From: a virus
Taxonomy: Duplodnaviria; Caudoviricetes
Virus record (IMG/VR): IMGVR_UViG_3300037485_000957
Location: 1 to 53,296 of that record
Length of the DNA stretch: 53,296 bases
Direction: 5' to 3' (one strand)
Shown: in pieces, positions 46,875 to 53,296 of the stretch
Numbering within the stretch: position 1 is the first letter of the stretch
Layout: the number at the start of each line of letters is the position of its first letter
Notes under the pieces: generated by a model
Database searches by the model: none
Told to the model about the DNA's origin: nothing
The model's input: the letters and a program-made list of their open reading frames with translations, nothing else
Translations under genes and position numbers: made by a program

Positions 46875-47504
46875 TTAACAGCCGCATCCGCAGTCAAGGC
46901 ATAAGCTTGCCATTGCGTCCACCTGTGCGTTAACAAAATCCTTATCACCCAAACTAACCCCACCTAAAATGTATTCGTAGTTCAGGAATATCTTTATCTG
47001 ATTCTCAGTCGTCACATGACCAGCAGCACCACGAACAATAGTGTCGTCCTTGCAGCGCTTTGATAAACATGTGAAGAATACCCACTGCTCATTCATTGAC
47101 ACATCAGTGCCATCAGAACAAGAGTAGTTAACCCAATATGAGCCATCAGACAGATCGCTATCGATGCTTGCGTTAAACAGCAACAAGCTATTGAACTCAA
47201 ACTCGTAGAAAGGAAATATCGTGCTATTGATTAACGCCGTAACATTCACTGGCGTTCCGAATTGATCCTCTCGGATAACCTGCGTGATTACATTGTCCTC
47301 AATCGTAAACGTAAACGTGATAGGATCAATGTATCCCTTAGGGATGATGGTGATGATAGCAGAGGTGATTGTAGAGCTTTCTGCGTTAGGAGTACCCCAT
47401 CCACCAGTATTAGTGATGGGATCATATAAGCCAGTAGTGTCGTTAAACATAGCTGTCTTACACGTACATTGCTCTGCAAGGCAGAAGTTAAGATCTACAA
47501 CCAT
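46875..47504 (-). CDS. Probable tail / virion structural protein
   Basis: DTTGLYDPITNTGGWGTPN, Cys-rich ends; TAAATTTG box at 47529-47536. Confidence 0.6.
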   Translation of the reverse strand: MVVDLNFCLAEQCTCKTAMFNDTTGLYDPITNTGGWGTPNAESSTITSAIITIIPKGYIDPITFTFTIEDNVITQVIREDQFGTPVNVTALINSTIFPFYEFEFNSLLLFNASIDSDLSDGSYWVNYSCSDGTDVSMNEQWVFFTCLSKRCKDDTIVRGAAGHVTTENQIKIFLNYEYILGGVSLGDKDFVNAQVDAMASLCLDCGCGC

Positions 47505-47574
47505 TATGCAATTCTGTTTTTACGATTTCAAATTTACAACAATATTCTTAGTACTGCAGATTGAGGTTTCCTCC

Positions 47575-50500
47575 TTATTCAAAGATTGGTTTCTTTTTGA
47601 TTCTAAACTCAAGCTTGCCAACATCTCTACTCCGCTCTGGCTCTTTTTCCACTCTATTCATCCTGTCTTTAAACTCCTGTTCGCTATACGTTTCACTTAA
47701 CCTAGGATTCACCTTCAGGTTAAGCTCGTAGAATGAACGCTCTTTCGCTCGTCCCCATATCAATGAAACAATCTCCTGAGCCTCTTTCTCTGTAGCCGCT
47801 ATCATAACATCACGATCAGATCCCCAGTATTCAGTGATCTCCTTATTAAATAACTGAGCCGCTCTCTTATTGAAATCGTACACCTCGTAATTATCCATAA
47901 ATCTGAATGGAGCATTACCTGGCGTTTCGGGTACAATCAATGAATATCTGAACTGATCCTCTTCCTTGTCATTGTCAGTCTTCGGCCCAACAGTCTTTAC
48001 GTTCTTATTAGCAGCCCACTTATCAATATCATCGGCCTTAAGGATGTTTTTAGTAATCCCCATGTTCGTTGTAAAAGCACGTGGATTAGATGCATAGAAA
48101 TCTCCTGTCGCGAAAGGACGGCCTCTCCAATCAAACTTCTCACGATCGATTGCCCATGTAGTATAAATGCCGCCTTCATTCATTAGGTTGTCAAAGAATC
48201 CTATTGCTTCTTTCTTGACAGGAGACTTCAAGTCACCACCCTGCTTCGCCATACCCGCGGCAGGAAGGAGAGAGTTAGCCAAGACCTGAGAAGCCTTCTT
48301 GCTTAGAAACTTTGACTTATCTACTACTCCTATATTGTCAAGCAAGTCAATTATCTCTGCCCCTGACTTCAGGATTGATGAAGCAAGTACAGCTGTTTTA
48401 TATGCATTTACTGCATACTGTAACAAATCCATATTCGTATAATCTGGATTCTCTTCAACCTGTTGTCTGTAGTCAGCTATTACCAATAATGCAGTTTGCA
48501 ATGACGCTGTAATGTCGAGAGAGACACCAAGTATTGTTCTGTCTTTCTCCTCTCCTGGGATTGGATTCTTCCTTACATACTTTCCTCCAGTACCTTTAAC
48601 CAAGTCAAAGTATGACATGATCTCTTTCTCATCATCATCATCTCCTGCCAAAAGCATTGCGATAACATATGCGGACGCTGTTAGAGTTATAGCTTGCTTG
48701 GCATATATCTGACGTAATGCAACCTTTAGCTTAACAGCCTTCTCTCCTGTCTTGTCAGTCGTGAAAGCGTGGTAATTTATAATACCACCAATCATTTTTG
48801 TTGTTCCATATATAGGCAACCAGTCAAGACTCGTCTCTGTTACGTTAGCTCCAATGCCAGCAAACGGAACTACTGTATTAAGTCCATACTTCCCAGCCTC
48901 TGCCAGCGCTCCTGCTACTTTAGGGTTAAGGTGCTTTGATTTAGAAAACTTATCAAGCGCCCTTGACATTGCATTAATACTAAAAGGCAATGCATGCGTT
49001 ATGCCATATAGTCCAGGCTTCTTATAAGTAAGTTGATTGGCCGCCTCTTCCGCTAAGTCTTTAGTGATTTGAGGAATCTCCCTATTCTCGTCAATTATCT
49101 CATACGCTCTGCGCTTCACCATATTTTCAGAAGCATCGACACCCATTTTGGCAATCTCGCCTCTGGCCTGATCCATTGCATCGTTGAACTTCTCCTCCGT
49201 CACATACAGGTCGGTATACGCTGCCGCTCCCGCAGCATTACGGCTCATTCCCTTGTTTTGGTCTTTGTAATACTGCTTGAGCATCGCATACTTCGTCATA
49301 CTGGCAGAGACAGAGCCAAATAGACTATCTACTCCTTCGTTCGTACGAGCCATGTACTTAGCAATATTCCATACATTGGAAGCCCTTGCTACATTGCGCC
49401 CCATCCTTGAGCTAGGAACGATATCAAATACGAATTCTGCTATTCGAGGGGTCATATTCTGCTTCCCCCCTTGCTGCATATCTAAAGCTGAAATTGTACG
49501 TCCAGCATACCCTTTACCAATTACGTTTTTACCAATAACAAACCCCTCTTTCATCCCTGCCAATGCAGACTTCAATACGTTCTTATCGAATCCAGAACGC
49601 ACGTATTCTGATCCAATTTGGAATATCAAATCTGCAAGTACTGTTGAGTTCTTTAAACTTGTCAACGGCCCAGAAATTAATCCTGCAACAAAATGCTGAT
49701 GCAATGTAGCAATGATATACCGCCCCTTACCTTTTGATATCAAGTCAATATAATGAGTCATTCTCTCAAGCTCCGCTGCTCTCAAGTACCCGTTAGGAGC
49801 ATTGAAATAGCTCTGGCTCAATTCATCTAACCTCGCTGACTGCTGTGGCGTGATAGATGTCGTGCCAAGCAAATGACCAATAGCGCTCTGCACATTAGCT
49901 CCGGTTGCAGAGCCATTGAGCGCAATCAATCGATTCAATTTATATACGACAGATGGCAAGTGACCTCGCTTAACAGGAGGCTTCCCTTGCGCTTTAAGTA
50001 TTTTGTCGATAGCTTTCAATTTCTTTTTAGCTATCATGTTATCGTAAACAGCGTCTAGTTGTGGCTTCATTTGATTAGCCGCATCTTCCCCTGATACTTC
50101 CTTTATCTTGTCATAGATAGCTTGCTTGGCCTCCACTGATGTATTAGGATTCCCAATTATGCTATTCCAGTCAACAAGCCCACCTGGAGTTACATATCCA
50201 GCATCTTTGAGCGCTTGACTTATCTTCTGCTTATTACTTAATTGCTCTTTGTTTTTCTGACTCTTGATTTTCTTTTCAGCTGCAGCCTCAGTCTTCATCA
50301 CTTTAACCTTCGCCTCAATCTCTTTCTTCTTCGCCTTTAACTCAGTAAGCTTCTTCTGTAAATTAGACGGCTGTGGTGCTGAAAAGAGGTTTCTTATACC
50401 TGATGGAATAGAGCTTGGCGCTCCTCCTTTGCCTTTACCTCGCTTCTTATTAGCACGTTCTTCTGCAATCTGTGCTTCTAACGCAGCTATATCAGCGTCA

Positions 50501-51855
50501 ATGCCAGCAAGCTCCGCTTCTAACCCAATAATAACATCTTCCTTCGTCTTCGCGTCGTCATTAAGCACTTGATCGGCTGCCGCTGCTGCTGTTTCAGTTA
50601 CTTCTTCCGCTCTTGCCTTTTCCGCTTCCTGTGGACTTATGCTTTCGGATTCTTTGCCATTGATGATATTGGCTATATCCTCAAGCATTAACTCATTCTT
50701 CCTTTGCGTTTCAGCTGTATTTATAGCAACATCAATTTTATTCTTAGTATGACGAGCATATGCAATAGGGCTTTGTCTGTATACCTCTTGAATGAATCTG
50801 AGTGTACGGCCTGCTTCTTCTCCTATACCTGCAATAACACTTATCATTGAGACAGCCCTATCGATAGCAATATCTTTATCGGCCTTCGTCTCTGCTGCCC
50901 TTTCTTGTAGATACAGGATGTCATTAATCTTACCCGCTGCTAATACTCTGAACCAAGCAGGAATCCTGACATCGCTTGCAACATCCATCATCTTACTAAT
51001 ACCATTAGGCCCTAATTTCTCAATCAGTTCATCAATGATTTTAGCAACGTCTTTAATATGCACACTCTCTTCTGCCCAAACGAAACTACCATCAGCATTT
51101 TCATTTTGTCCAATTATCGCAGCAAGTTCTTTAGATAAGCTACCTCCTTGTAGCGCTCTTTGTACTATTTTCGAAATACGATTCTTACTATACTTCTGCC
51201 CCTCAGCATACCCCTCTGGATTCAAATCATCCTCCATTGGAATAGCTGCTTCAGAATACTCATCATTGAACTCGTCAATAGCAGACTGCTTATCCTCGCT
51301 GTCCATTGCCTTGAAGTCAGGATGAGAACGCATTGCATCTAGCCCTGCTTTAACAGCCTCTTTCAACGTAGCTCCGCTAGTGTATGCTTCGCTTAGTTCG
51401 TTAACGCCATCCATCACCTTAGCGAATGCCTCAAGTGCTGCAATGTGCGCATCAACAGGAATAAATGAGCTACTCGCTAGGTATGGCTTAGGGTTATTAG
51501 GATCATAAGGCTTCTTCGATTCTTTTAGCTCTTTGATCTTCGCTCTCGCCTTATCAGCCAGCGTGGCATATACCGAAGGTGTCTTTACTTCTTCTGTCCC
51601 TTGCTCTTCTGTGATCGAGCTTGTGACAGGGCGATTGCCACCGCCTGCTTCTGCGGTTTTCCCGCCTTCAACTCCTTCTTTATATTCAGGCTTATCACCT
51701 TCTTCGACTTTCCCTTTAGTAGTGGCATCGTATTGAGCTTTAAGTGTTGGTGAATCTTTGATTAGGTCAGCAATGTTATCCATGACGTACTGACGTGCCT
51801 GATCGAAATCAAGAACAGTACCGTCTTTCAATGTGTACTTACATGGTTTAGCCAT
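47575..51855 (-). CDS. Large virion (ejected/core-type) protein
   Basis: 1426 aa, helical and coiled-coil; no catalytic motif recognised. Confidence 0.6.
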   Translation of the reverse strand: MAKPCKYTLKDGTVLDFDQARQYVMDNIADLIKDSPTLKAQYDATTKGKVEEGDKPEYKEGVEGGKTAEAGGGNRPVTSSITEEQGTEEVKTPSVYATLADKARAKIKELKESKKPYDPNNPKPYLASSSFIPVDAHIAALEAFAKVMDGVNELSEAYTSGATLKEAVKAGLDAMRSHPDFKAMDSEDKQSAIDEFNDEYSEAAIPMEDDLNPEGYAEGQKYSKNRISKIVQRALQGGSLSKELAAIIGQNENADGSFVWAEESVHIKDVAKIIDELIEKLGPNGISKMMDVASDVRIPAWFRVLAAGKINDILYLQERAAETKADKDIAIDRAVSMISVIAGIGEEAGRTLRFIQEVYRQSPIAYARHTKNKIDVAINTAETQRKNELMLEDIANIINGKESESISPQEAEKARAEEVTETAAAAADQVLNDDAKTKEDVIIGLEAELAGIDADIAALEAQIAEERANKKRGKGKGGAPSSIPSGIRNLFSAPQPSNLQKKLTELKAKKKEIEAKVKVMKTEAAAEKKIKSQKNKEQLSNKQKISQALKDAGYVTPGGLVDWNSIIGNPNTSVEAKQAIYDKIKEVSGEDAANQMKPQLDAVYDNMIAKKKLKAIDKILKAQGKPPVKRGHLPSVVYKLNRLIALNGSATGANVQSAIGHLLGTTSITPQQSARLDELSQSYFNAPNGYLRAAELERMTHYIDLISKGKGRYIIATLHQHFVAGLISGPLTSLKNSTVLADLIFQIGSEYVRSGFDKNVLKSALAGMKEGFVIGKNVIGKGYAGRTISALDMQQGGKQNMTPRIAEFVFDIVPSSRMGRNVARASNVWNIAKYMARTNEGVDSLFGSVSASMTKYAMLKQYYKDQNKGMSRNAAGAAAYTDLYVTEEKFNDAMDQARGEIAKMGVDASENMVKRRAYEIIDENREIPQITKDLAEEAANQLTYKKPGLYGITHALPFSINAMSRALDKFSKSKHLNPKVAGALAEAGKYGLNTVVPFAGIGANVTETSLDWLPIYGTTKMIGGIINYHAFTTDKTGEKAVKLKVALRQIYAKQAITLTASAYVIAMLLAGDDDDEKEIMSYFDLVKGTGGKYVRKNPIPGEEKDRTILGVSLDITASLQTALLVIADYRQQVEENPDYTNMDLLQYAVNAYKTAVLASSILKSGAEIIDLLDNIGVVDKSKFLSKKASQVLANSLLPAAGMAKQGGDLKSPVKKEAIGFFDNLMNEGGIYTTWAIDREKFDWRGRPFATGDFYASNPRAFTTNMGITKNILKADDIDKWAANKNVKTVGPKTDNDKEEDQFRYSLIVPETPGNAPFRFMDNYEVYDFNKRAAQLFNKEITEYWGSDRDVMIAATEKEAQEIVSLIWGRAKERSFYELNLKVNPRLSETYSEQEFKDRMNRVEKEPERSRDVGKLEFRIKKKPIFE

Positions 51856-52340
51856 TATGCTCCTCGTTGTTGGTCAAACATTAATTCTCCTGCGCTATTA
51901 CCCGCCACTCGGTCAAGCGTAGCCAATAAGTCTCCCGCCTCTCCGATGCTCGTACGCTGTGTCTCTACAAAGAACAATAGCTGCTGATGAATAGTGGCAT
52001 CATCGCAGTCCATATACCAGTCATTATAGAACTCACCAAGAGTAACCTCTTTGTTGTAGTACAGCTCAAAAGCTGAACGTAGCGATGGGATAGATTCCTT
52101 CATGGCTTTCACCATAGGAACGTCTGCCACATCACCTCTGTCGTTCACGAAGTCCACCCATATCTGGTAGTGCTTTAACTCATCTTTCGATTCTTTCTGA
52201 AAGAATGATGTGCTGCCAAACCACCCTAATCCTTGAAGATGGTTCGCTATATGCTTGTATGTATTTGACGCATCAAGCTCATATCCAATGGCTTCGTTTA
52301 TCTTCTTTTTGTATTCTGTACTGAGTAGTGAAGTCTTCAT
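51855..52340 (-). CDS. Ferritin (non-haem, FtnA-like)
   Basis: INEAIGYELDASNTY, FFQKESKDELKH, YNKEVTL and LLFFVETQ in a ferritin helix pattern. Confidence 0.85.
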   Translation of the reverse strand: MKTSLLSTEYKKKINEAIGYELDASNTYKHIANHLQGLGWFGSTSFFQKESKDELKHYQIWVDFVNDRGDVADVPMVKAMKESIPSLRSAFELYYNKEVTLGEFYNDWYMDCDDATIHQQLLFFVETQRTSIGEAGDLLATLDRVAGNSAGELMFDQQRGA

Positions 52341-52756
52341 TATTTACAATCTATTTCTGTGAATACATCCTTCGATTTTAACTCGTCAGCGATTGCCTCA
52401 AAGTTAGCACTTATTGCTTTAGCGACATCGGCTGCGTTGCCATACTTCTCCTTAAACGACTTCTTCGCTTCTTGCTGAGCCTTCAGCCCACCACGCTTAT
52501 TAGTAGCATCCAGGTCAGTGAATATGCTTGGCGCTTTTGGTGCTGCTGCCGTTGGTTGTGGCGCTGCTTCAGCTACCTTCTTACGAATCAGCATAGGATC
52601 GCCCTCACGGAAGCTGTTATCGTATTCGATAGACTTGAGGTATGGAGACGAATCAACCACAGCATCATCCAAATGCAACGTATCAAGCATCCTATGGATG
52701 AAGTCATCCTTAAAGAACACATGATCCCCAAACGTAACCCTACAAGGTTTGCCCAT
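52340..52756 (-). CDS. Hypothetical protein
   Basis: N-terminus MGKPCRVT resembles MAKPCKYT of the 1426-aa protein. Confidence 0.6.
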   Translation of the reverse strand: MGKPCRVTFGDHVFFKDDFIHRMLDTLHLDDAVVDSSPYLKSIEYDNSFREGDPMLIRKKVAEAAPQPTAAAPKAPSIFTDLDATNKRGGLKAQQEAKKSFKEKYGNAADVAKAISANFEAIADELKSKDVFTEIDCK

Positions 52757-52768
52757 AACTTTTGATTC

Positions 52769-53254
52769 TTAATGTAATCGACCAGAGCTTAGTGTACGCA
52801 TGTACTCCGATTGCTTCGTCTGCATTGTGTTTGTGTAATCCCGCTCTTTTACCTCTTGGTCTCTCTTGGCCTCCACCGCCTTGTACTCACTCATCTCCTT
52901 CTCAGACTCACGCTTCAGCTTACTACCCTTCGCCCATCCCGATGCTGCACCAGCGATAGCACCAACGCCCGTTCCTATGAGCGTCCCTACTGCTGCGCCT
53001 GCTGCTGTTCCAGCTCCTGGTATAATAGAGCCAATAGCGCCTCCTACGGAGCTTCCTATCTTAGAGCCTGTCATCACCCCTTTCACTGCTTGCTTTCCAA
53101 CTAGCGCTTTAGTATCGCTATTGTCGAACACCTCTGGCTTAGGTAATGGTGCTGTATAAGGATCTTCGTTAGGATAGCGTTGCTGGAAGTGTGAGTTAGC
53201 AGCGTCCATGTATGGCTGATCCTTTAGCTTCGTAGAAAGGTCAGAACTACTCAT
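52769..53254 (-). CDS. Glycine-zipper virion (ejection-type) protein
   Basis: GSSVGGAIGSIIPGAGTAAGAAVGTLIGTGVGAIAG followed by a coiled coil. Confidence 0.6.
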   Translation of the reverse strand: MSSSDLSTKLKDQPYMDAANSHFQQRYPNEDPYTAPLPKPEVFDNSDTKALVGKQAVKGVMTGSKIGSSVGGAIGSIIPGAGTAAGAAVGTLIGTGVGAIAGAASGWAKGSKLKRESEKEMSEYKAVEAKRDQEVKERDYTNTMQTKQSEYMRTLSSGRLH

Positions 53255-53296
53255 GTCTGGGTAGTGGTGGTATTGCAGGTAATTTACATACGGATC

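Noticed and set aside
1-53296. CRISPR array, diversity-generating retroelement or retron
   Set aside because: No regularly spaced repeat-spacer run, no reverse transcriptase motif and no template/variable repeat pair was noticed.
1-53296. Stop-codon reassignment
   Set aside because: Long genes are intact and densely packed under the standard code, and no suppressor tRNA was seen.

Overview
This 53.3-kb window is part of a tailed dsDNA phage genome, most likely infecting Bacteroidota: many TAnnTTTG -7 promoter boxes sit just upstream of gene starts. Layout: (1) 1-7.5 kb, minus strand: head module with terminase large subunit, portal, scaffold and a major capsid gene cut by the left edge. (2) 7.5-16.4 kb: serine recombinase, small Lys-rich proteins, tail fibre and M15 endolysin. 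(3) 17.7-18.5 kb: AT-rich non-coding divergence point. (4) 18.5-31.4 kb, plus strand: early/accessory region with an amidoligase plus class II glutamine amidotransferase pair and many small genes. (5) 31.5-42.6 kb, minus strand: replication region with DnaB, an initiator, HNH and MazG-like genes. (6) 40.6-53.3 kb, minus strand, overlapping (5): lysis and virion genes plus a ferritin. The main unexplained system is an integron-like cassette array at about 36.8-39.1 kb. It has attC-like hairpins whose core sites match the start of their own cassette exactly, cargo genes that appear antisense to the cassettes, and no tyrosine integrase in the window. A second notable feature is a set of four tRNA-like modules with intact acceptor and T arms but absent or degenerate anticodon arms. 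All product calls come from motif recognition by eye; no database search was run.
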